This document shows, piece after piece, positions 1 to 11,653 of a DNA stretch of 64,000 nucleotides; the first letter of the stretch is position 1, and every line of letters starts with the position of its first letter. The translations under genes and the position numbers were made by a program. This stretch comes from Octopus sinensis. Its lineage: Eukaryota. The notes beneath the pieces are model-generated. The model was not told where the DNA came from. It did no database searches and was given only the letters and a program-made list of their open reading frames with translations. The DNA is taken from positions 123,008,001 to 123,072,000 of the forward strand of contig NC_043001.1 in NCBI RefSeq assembly GCF_006345805.1, read 5' to 3'.

Positions 1-886
1 CACACAGCCACTCCTGTATATGTATTTGTGTACACCCTTGTCTTGACATCATGTGATAGATATAAATGAATATCACCATCGTAGGAGTCTGGCTATGGAT
101 GAGGGTGGGGAGATTATCTTGCTTGAAAACAGTTGGGATATGGGGACAAGTAAGGCATCCAGCTGTAGAAAATCTGCAACAAATTCTGTTTGACTCATGC
201 AACCATGGAAAAAAGTAGACATCAAATGATAAACATGATGAACAAAAAACATCCTCAGATATTCTGCAGCTGTGAAAGTTAATGGTAGCTGAAAACAGAA
301 AGAATGATTAATAGACTGATTAACAGATGTTACCTTCACTTGGTGTCCTGTGAGGTTAAACAATGATTTAACTTCAGTTGACACCAGGGGTGGCTGCCAA
401 AAAATTAGTCCAAAAGCTCAATCAATCTTCAACATTTACAATTACTGAGTGTCACATTTCCAGTTAAGTTAATTTATAACGACAGCTGATTTATACAAGC
501 ATGAGTATATATGTGTGTCTATATAGCTCCATACGTAACAACAATTAACCCTAGATCTGACTCGGGGGTTATCACTTATTGGAAAATTATTAATTGCTTA
601 TAATATCCCTTAATTTCTTAATTCTGTAGCTCAGTGGGTAATAGGTTCTGCTCATGATTGCTATCATATTGCTTTTACATATGCATTTTATACATTTTAT
701 ATATGTGTGTGTGTGTGTATATGAGAGAGAGAGAGAGGGAGAGAGGGGGAGGGAGAGAGAGAGGGGGAGAGAGGGGGAGGGAGGGAGAGAGAGATCATGA
801 TAAACACAAGTTCACATTTGTTATCTACATATTTGCAACCTTTGCACTGGGTGTTTCAAGGGCAATTGGATGTTGAATCACAATCA

Positions 887-2172
887 TATCAGGACAATTA
901 CCCCCAATGACAAACTACTCGTTAGGAAAATTATTCTCTTTTGCTTAATTACCTGCTCTCCAATATATAAAATCAGTGGAATCATTTTTGCAGAGTTTTG
1001 AATTGTTTTAAAACTTTTTTTTGAAATTGTCTGATAATGCAGACATACACTTTCCCAAATGCATCAATAAATTGACATTGATATTTTTTCACTGTGGTTA
1101 CAATCATCTGAAATGGAACTGTGAAAGCACGATATTTGAGCAATTTTGGCATTCAACCTCAAAAAAGGATGTTAAGCAGCTGAAACTGCTCACAATATCA
1201 ACAAAACATTCGGTGAGGAAATGACCAGTGAGTGGACAACTCTAAATGGTTTAAACGATTTTGCAGTGGAGACCTGAGCTTTGCAGATCATGAGCATAGT
1301 GGACGCTCATCTGTCATCGAAGATGATCAATTAAAAATTGTCATTGAGAAAGATCCATGTAAAACTATTCAAGAACTGGCAAAAGAACTTTAAGTTAGCC
1401 AAAACACTGCCAGCAACCATTTGCATGCGATCAGAATATCAAAAAAGCTCGACAAATGGGTACCACACAATTTGAATGAAAGTCAGAAAATGTGCAGACA
1501 TGAAATTTGCTCATCGCTTCTCCATAACCAGACCAATCCATTTCTCGACCATATTGTAACTTGTGATGAAAAGTGGATTCTGTACAATAATAAAAAAGGT
1601 TCTTCGTAGTGGCTGGACCAAAATGAAGCACTGAAAACTTCCTTAGACCTAACTCTTCAAAAAGAAGGTTTTGGTGACTGTTTGGAGGTGTACTGCTGGA
1701 CTCATTCCACTATAACTTCTTAAAACCTGGAAAAATCATTACTGCAGTAACATATTGCCATGAAATTGCCAAAATGAATGAAAAACTGCTACTCCTCCGT
1801 CCCAGACAATGCTCAACCATACGTTTCCCTAATGATGCTCCAGAAGTTGAGGGAACTACTAAGTTCTTCCCTACCCAGTTTATACACCAGACCTTTCTCC
1901 TACCGACTAACACTTTTTCAAGCACTTTAATGGTTTCCTGTTAGAGAAGGAGTTCAAAAATCAAACCAATGCTGAAAGTGCATTCAAAGAGTTCGTCAGC
2001 TCTAGAACTCCAGATTTTTATGTTACCAGAATAAACAAACTTGTAACTCGTTGGCAAAAATGTGTTGATTGTTATGGCACTTACTTTGATGAATAAAATT
2101 TCTGCATTGTTGAAACATATCGTGGCGAATTCCATGTTTAAAAACACTGTTTACTTTTTACTCAGCCTGATA
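887..2172 (+). mobile_element. Decayed mariner element
   Basis: Frameshifted transposase from ATG 1113: AAETAHNINKTFGEE, KWFKRF, DKWVPHNL, HIVTCDEKW. Right TIR CTCAGCCTGATA ends at 2172; the left TIR matches only weakly (TATCAGG at 887). Confidence 0.85.
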
Positions 2173-2280
2173 TTTTAAATTTCTGAAAATCAGAGTAAGC
2201 TGTGAAACTGGTTAAATCTTTAAATATAATAGTAAAAAATATTTTAACTACACTTAGTGCATTTTCAACTTGTATTTTAT

Positions 2281-2486
2281 ATAGTTAATCCAAACATGAA
2301 CAAAGAGAAAACAACAACGCAAGGACAAGAAACAAGTACAGTGTTATTGGATGCTCAGGAAAGGAAAGAAAGAAAGGAGGATTTAATGTCTTGAGCAGAG
2401 CTCTTCATCAGAAACATAGAAAAAGGAAAGGGCCAAGGAAGAGAAGACAGAGAAAGAAAATCACCAACGATACACATGCAGTCACA
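2281..2486 (-). mobile_element. Penelope-like solo repeat, copy 1 (degenerate hammerhead)
   Basis: Homologous to 14230-14436 and 56331-56523. Minus strand reads CTGATGA-AGAGC-TCT-GCTC-AAGAC, with GAAAC mutated. Confidence 0.6.
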
Positions 2487-3842
2487 CACACAATTTCTAT
2501 TTACAAACATATCTGAGCTGTTTAACATTTAAAACAAAAATGCAATACCATTGTAGTAGGAAACCAAGGAAAATTTGGAATAAAGAGCAAAAAATTGATT
2601 GTGTCTATGGATACCTGTATGCATTTGTAAATAAAATACATATTGACAAAACTTCTTCGGATCCCTTGACAGTCTCTAATCTCTCCAACATTCTTATATC
2701 TCATCCCTCATTACTCATCTGCCTATCATCCATATCAGTCACCCTTGTCTTTATCACTCATAACTAAAGTGCACATCCCTGTGTCACTCTCCTCTTTGCA
2801 AGACTTGTAGCCTGTAATAGAATATAATCTATATCTTATTCCAGTTTTCCATTTTTAACAAGGGTTCTATGGCAGGATACCCTGCTTATTACCAACCACT
2901 TTACAGTATGAATTATGTACATTTTATCATACCTGTCACTTTCACATCTTAAATGAACCAGTAATTGGCCTTGTTAGAAATCAAACACTATTCACAAAAA
3001 TGCATATGTAAAAAATAAATAAAAAGTCAAGTAGCCTTGTCATGATTTTGGTAATGCAGAGAATGAGTATTTCAATAAAATTCACTGGAAGTGGAATATA
3101 TGAGACATGTATTCAAGAGGCAGTAATGTCTATTTTGAGGCTAAAAAAAACTCCATCGTATATTTAAAAAAAAAAAAACATTTATGTACAATGGCTATCT
3201 TAACTGACAAATAGCTAAGTTAAAAAGAGAGTCACTACACAACCTGCTAGATATAGTAGTCAAATCACCCTACCATCTTTAAAAACTGGATACACTGAGA
3301 AAAGTATGGTCTGAAATAACACAAGTAGAACAATCAGTCATAGTTGGAATATTTATTGAATCTGCTCAACTGAAGTCATCCAACTTAAGACTTCAAATGC
3401 TTACCATTCACGATTGTGACTGCAAATATTTTAATGAAGCTGATCTAAAACAAAATTACTTAAAAAAATTAAGACATTTTTGAATAACAATAACAGCACA
3501 CTCAAAATATTTCATAAGAATTTTAATATATGTAAAGAATTTAACAGAAACAGCATCAAAATAATTATAATTAGAAATTAAGACAGAACATTTAATTTTA
3601 TAGAAATGATAACAAAATTTGACAAAAAAATATTTGCAAATTAGCAACCAGAGAAGCTCATGGTATGCTGAACAAACGTTCTGAGTCAAATATATCATTG
3701 TTTATACAACAACAATGCTAATATTTGACAAAGGATCTTTTATGGATGGAATGTAGCAAACTGTTGTATGCAATCACAATACATCAGCTATTATAGTAGA
3801 CATCTGCAATTATCCCTTCAACACACACTCACATTATATATA

Positions 3843-3880
<38 letters not shown>

Positions 3881-6307
3881 CAAATTGGGTATTGTTAGTT
3901 AATACTTTAATTCACAAATATCTTAATATTTCAGAACAGAACACAGAGTTTACAAAGGTTAATATGTGTAACATTAACATATAAATTGGGAACAAATATA
4001 CCATTTTATTGGAAACAGATTAATAAACTATAAAAGGATGCTTAAATTCCATGGAAGCAAGAAAAAGGCAGGAGATTTAAGTTTTTCTAACAACCTTAAT
4101 TGCCACTACAAGCAGTTTCCTTTTGTTATTTAAAGTAAAATATGTATTTTGTTTTTATTGTATATAAAAATATGAACATCTATATATCAGTAGAAATGAT
4201 CCTTCCCATAGAGATATATTTATGGAAGAAAACAATTGTTTGGACAAGTTTAATCACCTGGGATATGATGTATTCATCACTACATTTACATAGAAATTGT
4301 TATCACTGGCTGGTTATTATTTACAGGTGAGAACAGAAGGACTAGTTTAGAAATGGTAGGAAAATTATTTCTAATACAGGTACAATGCCACACATTTAGA
4401 CTGTGTGTGTGTAAAGCTGATTGTTATAACTCTAGAAGAATGAAAAACTCAGGCTTAGTGGAATTTGAATCCAAGACATAAAAGCTTGTACCTAAATACA
4501 AGGAATTTATTTTGAAGCTAACAATTCTGCCAAACTACCTCAGGAAATTAACATTAAAAAAAGTAACAGGTTCAGGAAATTAATATAAAAAAAAAGGTAA
4601 CAGGTTCATGAACAGAGGCTCAGAGTCAGTTCATGCATAGCTTGAGACTGTTTAGTGATAAACAAGTTAAATAGTGAAATTGTTTCTTGTATTGCAGGCA
4701 GTTTTCCAGTCAGCAAAAGTCAAGATAGTATCAAGGAAGTAAGGAAATGCAGGAAATTAAAAGCATGTTTGCTGTTAGTGAAATAGAGTTAGAAAGGTGT
4801 ACCTAACATTTCAAATTGCAAAGCTGATAATCTATTCAACAAACTTATACATTTAATGTAATCTAAAATAATAATAATAATAAACTGAAGCATAGACAAA
4901 CTAAATACAAACTATTTCACTGAATTAATAAAGAGAAAGAGGCGGGGGAGGGGTTAATCTAACAAGAGAAAAAGAGTCACAGCAATATACAACATACAAG
5001 AAAACCATTTCAACAGTATTCAGGTTCAAATTACGGCTGTCTGGTATCAGACTCAACACAGAGGCCTACATCAAGTGCCAAAAAGGGGTAGTGCTCTCTT
5101 GGGTCAAGAGGGTGGCTGCTAGAAGACTATATCTGGCAACAGAACTCTGCACCATGCTTGTGTGGCATGGTGTTTTCAAGCTCGTTCTCAGATATTTTCT
5201 TTAAACTGATTTTTATCAAATTTTTTTAAACAAATAGTCACCATACCCAAATATTTTGAAATATTGTTATGCAGTTTGATATACATGTGTTGACGTATAT
5301 TAGCTAGTATAATATTAACCAAATGAAAGTGAAGTAGGTTAGACGTGGTAACAGCTGTGTAGTCTGGCAATGATACTGTACGTTAGTCAAACTAAAATTA
5401 AATTACGAACCAAATACAAATATAGCGAATACCTTAATATTCCTAAGTTAAGTTTACAAAAATACATATTTTCTTTACTTAGAAAATTAATTTAGATACA
5501 AGAAAACAAAAGAGTACATGTCGTAAGTTTAGTTTCAACACACAGATGACGGTTAGGTAAACAAAAAGTTGCTTTGAAAATTATTTCTTGTATCTTGCAT
5601 TTCAATTGTCCTATACAAACACACACAAACAGTTCATGTAGGAAGACGAACAGACAAATAAGGATACAATTTTAATGAAAATATGTTGTTCGTGAATTAT
5701 CACATATTAGTTTACTAAGATGACGAACTTATAATTGTGGCTTCATCGCTATTTTTTTTGTTCTTTTATTGTTTATTTTCAGAGTTTATATTGCTGCAGA
5801 ATAAAGTTGTGTGAAAGTAGTGAGAGAATAAAACAGTGAAAGGTTGTAGCCGTCGGCAGAGTTCGGAGACAAAAAAACATTCAGAAGAAAAGTATTTCTT
5901 TCTTTATGTTACATGAAACACGTATGAATAAGATTAGGCTGTGTTTTGTGATTGTTATTGTAATGACTATAATTAGCAGATTTCCATAGAGGTGTGCGGC
6001 TGTTTAAATTATGATTGGTAATCACCTCAAATAGCAATGTGGCAGGACAAAAAGATGGGAAAAACTCATACTCAAAATGTTCCATAGGATCAGAATTTTC
6101 TTGGGTTTTTTTCTTCTTTTTTTTTTTTTTAAATAAAACGTAAAATACGGGTGTTTATTCACTTCCTTTTTGTTTCCGTTTGGCAGGAGGAAGCAGTTGT
6201 TGTGAATCATCCAGAGAAATGTTGACTGCTTGGTATGAACATCACCACCCACTTTTTTTTTTTTTTTTACAATGAAATAAACATCATTTTTGTACATGCA
6301 ATAGACA

Positions 6308-6487
6308 TTACACCAAGTTCCGTCTTCTGGCATAGTAACCTAAACAGGCACATATGCCGAGAATGCCAACCACGAGTCCCAGCACCAGTGCCAGAGCATC
6401 GCCGGCATCGAACGCCGACACTCCTGGGGTGAGGAAAGCGAAAATTAGAAGAAACGACAGAGACAGAAAACTCACCAAGTCAGCCAT
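6308..6487 (-). CDS. SMIM30: SMIM30-like small integral membrane protein, 59 aa, single coding exon
   Basis: Minus-strand ATG at 6487 in strong Kozak context (AAAGATGG), TAA at 6310-6308. Translation MADLVSFLSLSFLLIFAFLTPGVSAFDAGDALALVLGLVVGILGICACLGYYARRRNLV: signal-peptide-like N-terminus, one TM helix, basic tail. The C-terminal 35 aa closely resemble human SMIM30 as I recall it (EAGDAIALLLGVVLSITGICACLGVYARKRNG), which is also 59 aa. Confidence 0.93.
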   Translation of the reverse strand: MADLVSFLSLSFLLIFAFLTPGVSAFDAGDALALVLGLVVGILGICACLGYYARRRNLV

Positions 6488-6597
6488 CTTTAAACACTAC
6501 AACAACACGTGACACAATCTATAAAGAGAAAGAAGAAAGGAGGCGTGTCGCCAAGAACGACGACTCACATGTGACAACATATATATATATATCAAGA

Positions 6598-6973
6598 GAA
6601 ATACTTTATAATTAGGGTTCAGCAAAGATTTACTTTACCACATACCGAAATTTAGAAATAGCAGCCAAAGAACCTTAGCTATTTCCTCTACTCCAAAAAG
6701 AGACTCGGATCTTTTAAATGCAAGAATTTAAAGACGAAATATGTTACAAACTATAGAATTTTCTCATTCTAAGAGAAGATGATGTTTTATAAACACATTC
6801 TACCAGTATACGAGGTTTCAAATTTTTTAGTTACCTAGAAATTATGTTAAAAACTGCCGTTCAAACCGAAAAGATCCAGAGACTCTACTTTAAAAAGAGT
6901 CTATTGGCTGCTATTTCTAAACTTCGGTATGTCGTAAAGCAAATCTTTGCTGAACCCTAATTATAAAGTATTC
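6598..6973. mobile_element. Long-TIR MITE carrying a nested MITE
   Basis: ~70-bp inverted arms ATACTTTATAATTAGGGTTCAGCAAAGAT...GCAGCCAA at 6601-6668 and 6904-6971. Confidence 0.75.
6707..6877. mobile_element. GGATC-ended MITE with perfect 8-bp TSD
   Basis: Ends GGATCTTTT...AAAAGATCC; TSD AGAGACTC at 6699-6706 and 6878-6885. Same family as 10013-10495 and 10588-11015. Confidence 0.85.
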
Positions 6974-7307
6974 ATAAAGTTTACCGTGAAATGGTCCTTT
7001 TTCATGCCGAATTCTACTTGGTGAAATTATTGATTACTAGTTAATTAATTAATTTTACCCTTTGTTATTATAAAGAGAAATAGATAGATAGATAGATAGA
7101 TACAATTCGAAGGGAGTCAACTCACTTAATTTACCCTTCACAAACGAATTTTGTTTTATTTACTTTTCGCTCGTGTATATAACCTTTAAAAGTGCATAAT
7201 AGATCATGCGTATTTAGCACTAATCACTTAGAAAATTTAACGGCTAGTTTGAAAAGGGGCTTAGATTTCACTTTTACCCTAAGTTAATACCCAATTTTAC
7301 ACAGACT

Positions 7308-7325
7308 TGTGTGTGTGTGTGTGTG

Positions 7326-7409
<84 letters not shown>

Positions 7410-7433
7410 TATATATATATATATACATATATA
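7308..7433. repeat. Compound microsatellite (GT)n(CT)n(AT)n
   Basis: Directly visible. One of many TA/CA/GA microsatellites (also 705-790, 3835-3875, 53490-53900, 54900-54980). Confidence 0.95.
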
Positions 7434-7788
7434 TCTAAATTTAAAATGAGAGTGAGAAATTGGATATTAATTTAATTAACATCAATTTAACACCAGTGGT
7501 CTAGCATATTAAAATCTGAAGGTCCAGAAAATTGTATTACATACATATGAGAGGGATGACCACTATGTGAACAACCCTTATGCTAGAAATAGATCCGCTA
7601 TGGTCTTACCACTAAGAAATGTTCTCAAGAAAAAATTTATATATATATAATATGAATTAGAGATAAAACCACTATTATGCAACTCAAACAGTGATAGACA
7701 TAAACTAATACATAAATAACAAATAATATATATCTAATTTTTTTAAAATATAGAACTTATAACTAGATCTCAAAAAGTATAAAAAATA

Positions 7789-8178
7789 TATCGCCCGGCG
7801 TTGCTCGGGTTTGTAAGGGAAATAACTATATAAGCATTTTTAGAGAGTTATAGCCAAAAAATAGCAAAAAAATGCATTAAAAATTGAAAAAAAATTAAGG
7901 TAAATTTTTTTTTTAAATCGTTGACACATCGTAGATATTTTTAGAGAGTTACTTCCCTTATATAAAAGCGAATAAAATGCATTAAAATGGAAAAATATGA
8001 TGGTAAATTTTTTTTAAATCGTAGACTCATCGTAGACGCGCGCTAATACCCAGAAGGGCTCGATATGAATCACGACTATAAGATACCCGCTTTTGGTTAA
8101 ACTGCACCGCAAAATGTGGGAGTAGTTACGAATGTAAATCGTAGGAGACAGACACACAACTTCACTCTTATATAAAGA
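7789..8178 (-). mobile_element. Non-autonomous Helitron (3' end clipped)
   Basis: Near-identical to 62433-62832. Minus strand starts A|TCTTTATATA and carries the subterminal hairpin CCCGAGCAACGCCGGG; the terminal CTAG is missing. Confidence 0.75.
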
Positions 8179-8189
8179 TGCTTTTTTTT

Positions 8190-8510
8190 TTTCAGTCATA
8201 GAGTTAGATTTATGAAGGTCTTCAGTAGAAAATCCTTCGAATTCTGACTCGCTGCTTGATATAATGAAATTCGTATCCATTTTTTGTCAGAATTACAAAT
8301 TTTGAAAACACAATAGGAACAAATTTCGGAAAAAAATCTCCCATAATTCACGGAATTAAAATTACACTTCGATTTTTGTACAAAACTGTATTTGAAGTGT
8401 TTACGAAGTATAATACGTGTTTTCACGAATGTACTAAAGAGATTTACTCTGATATTCTCATTTAAATATGAATAGGTAAATTCGGGCGGTTTGGTAACAA
8501 AAGGGTTTAT
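8190..8510 (+). mobile_element. Right-end fragment of the piggyBac-type element seen at 28702-29771
   Basis: Matches ~29480-29770 (TGTACTAAAGAGATTT...ATGAATAGGTAAAT...GGTAACAAAAGGG). Confidence 0.65.
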
Positions 8511-9423
8511 ATAAGTGTCGTTGTTTTTTTATACTAAACACTGTTTCATACTTTCAGTTTAGTCTTCCTCAAATCACCCTGTCGCTATTTACTCTCTTCC
8601 AAGAACATTTTCACTCACTCTTATCTGTTAGCTTGCCATACATTTTACTCATGTATCTATCAGCGTGATAGACAGAAACAAATATTACATCTAGTTTCAC
8701 TTTATTCGTTGCACACTGTGTGTGTGCGTTTGCGTGTGCTGTAAACCAGACTAAGAAAAGCATTTGACATACACACCAGAATGTGAGTTTTCTGTAAATT
8801 TTGCTTAATTGGAGTTTAAATTCTAAAAACTGGACCTGGCAAAACCCGATGCATTCTACTCTTAAATATGCTAGGTAAATTGTAATTGAAGAAATCCTAT
8901 AAAACTGAGACTCATTACTGACGACACTCCCAATCATGTTCACCATTCATTGGATTTATCTCTATCCTGATCTTTAACCATCAGTCATTCTCCTTTCACA
9001 TACTCTCCAACTAATGCATCCACACTTCCAGATCCTCTGACCATATTCTGCCTTACTTTCACTTTCTTCTTCTACCTCGAGGGTACACTCTGACACCTCA
9101 TCACCACTATTTTTATCTCTGGCAACTGAACTACACACATATATTCTTTTATTCTCTTATTTGTTTCAGTCATTTGACTGTGGCCATGCTGGAACACCAC
9201 CTTGAAGGGCTTTTATTCAAAGAAATCAACCCTGGAAATTATTCTTTGTAAGCCTAATACTTATTGTATCATTCTGTTTGCTGAACTGCTAAATTACAGG
9301 GACATAAACACACCAACATCAGTTGTTAAGAGAAGGTGGGGAAATGAACACTGACACACACACATAAATATATATACACACACACACAAACGTGTATATA
9401 GTTATGATATATTCTATTAAGAC

Positions 9424-9681
9424 TAAGATGGAGTACTGTATATAGCTCATCCACCTTCAGATTTCACGTTGTGCTATCCAGTAGTAGTAATATACGTACT
9501 ACTAGATTTGCATTTGGGCTTCTGTAGTATGTGAATAGATAACTGAATATGTTGGACAGGGTGAAATCTGAAGGTGGACAAGTTTTATACTGTACTCCAT
9601 CTTATTCAATTAACTATTCACCCACTACAGAAGCACAAACATAAAACCTGGAAGTACGCATAATATTACTACTGGATAGCA
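9424..9681. repeat. Two interleaved inverted-repeat pairs (A-B-a-b)
   Basis: A 9424-9467 pairs with 9561-9604 (39/44 by eye). B 9472-9549 pairs with 9603-9681 (~80%). Confidence 0.85.
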
Positions 9682-9721
9682 AAGTTGGTTGATTTCAGTT
9701 GTCGGCAACAAATGAATTTAA

Positions 9722-10006
9722 GGTGCTACTTAAGAAGGGTGATCCCGAGTCGTGACTAGTCGATCCTTACTTTGTGTTTTTGTGTTCTATTTACTTTGTT
9801 TAGAAAAATTATTTACGTTGTGTTTTTGTGTTTTATATACTTTTCTTTAAAAAAATTATTTACTTTGTGTAAAAAAAAATATATTTATTTTGTGTTTTAT
9901 TTACTTTGCTAGGTAGTCGTTGTAGGATCGACTAGTCACGACTAGCTAGCGCGGATGCACGACTACGCGAGTGCACGCACCGGGACCACTCTTCTTAAGT
10001 AGTACC
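9722..10006. mobile_element. Merlin-type MITE (GGTAC ends, 9-bp TSD)
   Basis: TIR GGTGCTACTTAAGAAGGGTGATCCCG / CGGGACCACTCTTCTTAAGTAGTACC. TSD TGAATTTAA at 9713-9721 and, after removing the adjacent MITE, at 10498-10506. The Merlin call rests on GGNRM ends plus an 8-9-bp TSD. Confidence 0.7.
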
Positions 10007-10012
10007 TGAATG

Positions 10013-10495
10013 GGATCTTTTCACTTTGACTGGCAGATTTTTAAAATAATTTCTTTGTAACTAAACACTTTTAAACTTCGTATACTGGTAGAATTTGTTT
10101 ATAAAACATCTTTTTCCCTTGGCTTTCTTGAGAAAATTCTGTAGTTTGTAATCTATTTGTTGTTTAATTTCTTGCATTTCGGTAATTTCAACCAATCAAT
10201 GACGTCTATTGAGGTGAATACAATTTCTGTCGTAATGTGTCAACAACAATTATTTGCGGTGTCATATGAATTTGTTACTGTTATTTATGAGAAAAAAAAT
10301 ACCTTGTGGCCATAAACTGAGGGGTCACTCGTAAACAGAGCTGGATAAAAAAAACCGTCCCCTCTTTAGTATCCACCCATAATTATTAAGAGAAAAAGAT
10401 GTTTTATAAACACATTCTACCAGTTTACGATGTTTAAAAGTGTTTAGTTACAAAGAAATTATTAAAAAAATCTGCTGGTCAAAGCGAAAAGATCC
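10013..10495. mobile_element. GGATC-ended long-TIR MITE
   Basis: ~110-bp inverted arms; TSD CCTGAATG / CCTGAATT. Confidence 0.8.
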
Positions 10496-10587
10496 CCTGA
10501 ATTTAACACAAAAATACAGATATGGATAAAATAAAAATTTGAAATTTTCTCGCCCCCCCCCCCTCCACTACCACAAGAAGATTTATC

Positions 10588-11015
10588 GGATCTTTTCGGT
10601 TTGAATAGCAGTTTTCTAAAATAATTTCCACGTAACTAAACACTTTTAATCTTCGTATACTGGTAGAATGTGTTTATAAAACATCTTTTTCTCTTGGCTT
10701 TATTAAGAAAATTCTATAGTTTGTAAGGTATTTGTTGTTTTTTCTTCAATTTCTGCAATTTCAACCAATCAATGACGTCTATTGAAGTGAAAACATTCTG
10801 TGCCGTATGAATATGTCCCTCGTTTAAGAAACAGATTGGGTTTATTTACATTTATGAAGAAAAAAGATACCCTTCCCCCCATCCCTAATTAACTCTAACT
10901 AACCCTAACCCTAAAACAGATTGAAATGTAATAGATCGATACTAGGGTCATAATTATGGGTGACAATTTCATATGACACCGCTAGAAAAAAATGCCGTTC
11001 AAACCGAAAAGATCT
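10588..11015. mobile_element. GGATC-ended MITE, third copy
   Basis: GGATCTTTTCGGTTTGAA...TTCAAACCGAAAAGATCT with internal TAACCC motifs; no clean TSD. Confidence 0.75.
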
Positions 11016-11188
11016 CATCTTTCTTTTTCTGTATCAATCTTCCCTTAATTAACACGTACACATCACCAAGTTCATCTTTAAGTGTCTTCACCTGCTCCTC
11101 CGACAACACCACCTCCATCTCCCCAACCCATCCCATCCATCTGGCATTTCTACCTTTCCCCAGTCCTTTAATCTTTCACCACAAGAAG

Positions 11189-11385
11189 ATTTACCTGCCT
11201 TGTAAGCAAGTCTGAAAGTATTCACCTGTCAACGGAAGTAGTTTTCTTTTGTGTAAGTCCACCAGAGTCATCTCCCTTATAAAAACACGCGGTACACATG
11301 GCCTACACGGAGCAATGACACAAACAGTGAAGAAATTATATTTAAAAACAATATATGTATACAAAAAGAAATTTGATTTGCATCA
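11189..11385. promoter_or_regulatory. Putative proximal (possibly bidirectional) promoter and 5' UTR region
   Basis: Non-repetitive stretch just upstream of the SUV3 ATG. Contains an ETS-like CGGAAGT (11233-11239) and two minus-strand donor matches, CAG|GTAAAT (exon end 11195) and CAG|GTGAAT (exon end 11226). Confidence 0.35.
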
Positions 11386-11653
11386 ATGGCTCTAGTATTC
11401 GCTGTAAGATCTACAAAATATTTTCGAATTGCCATTACTGTATCTAAACTATATCATCGTCATATTTCTTGTTTAAACACGCTTTATCATAGTCCTCATC
11501 GATCGTCTGCTGATATATATTATTTACCATGTCGTTGGAAGAATACCGGCCAAAACAAGGATTTAAGTTCTTTATTCCATCCTCTGAGAGCTTCTCCGGT
11601 GAATAAAGATAGTGACAATATCGGGGCCGAACTCAGTGGAACACTTAATAAAG
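11386..11653 (+). CDS. SUPV3L1: SUPV3L1 exon 1 (mitochondrial presequence-like N-terminus)
   Basis: [26 protein letters not shown]... is R/K/S/T-rich with no acidic residue for ~40 aa. It ends [29 protein letters not shown], similar to the human SLFVPL...DVGAELT segment. Donor is AAG|GCAAGT, phase 1. Confidence 0.9.

Noticed and set aside
5188-5385. Minus-strand acceptor with branch point (CTAACGTACAG|) and a 60-aa ORF
   Set aside because: No recognisable peptide in any frame and no convincing phase-compatible partner exon; it could be UTR.
6424-6475. Apparent 52-nt GT-AG intron inside the SMIM30-like ORF (TTG|GTGAGT...CCCCAG|)
   Set aside because: Splicing would delete the signal peptide and shift frame. 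The pyrimidine tract is simply Phe/Leu/Ser codons, and the unspliced frame gives the conserved 59-aa protein.
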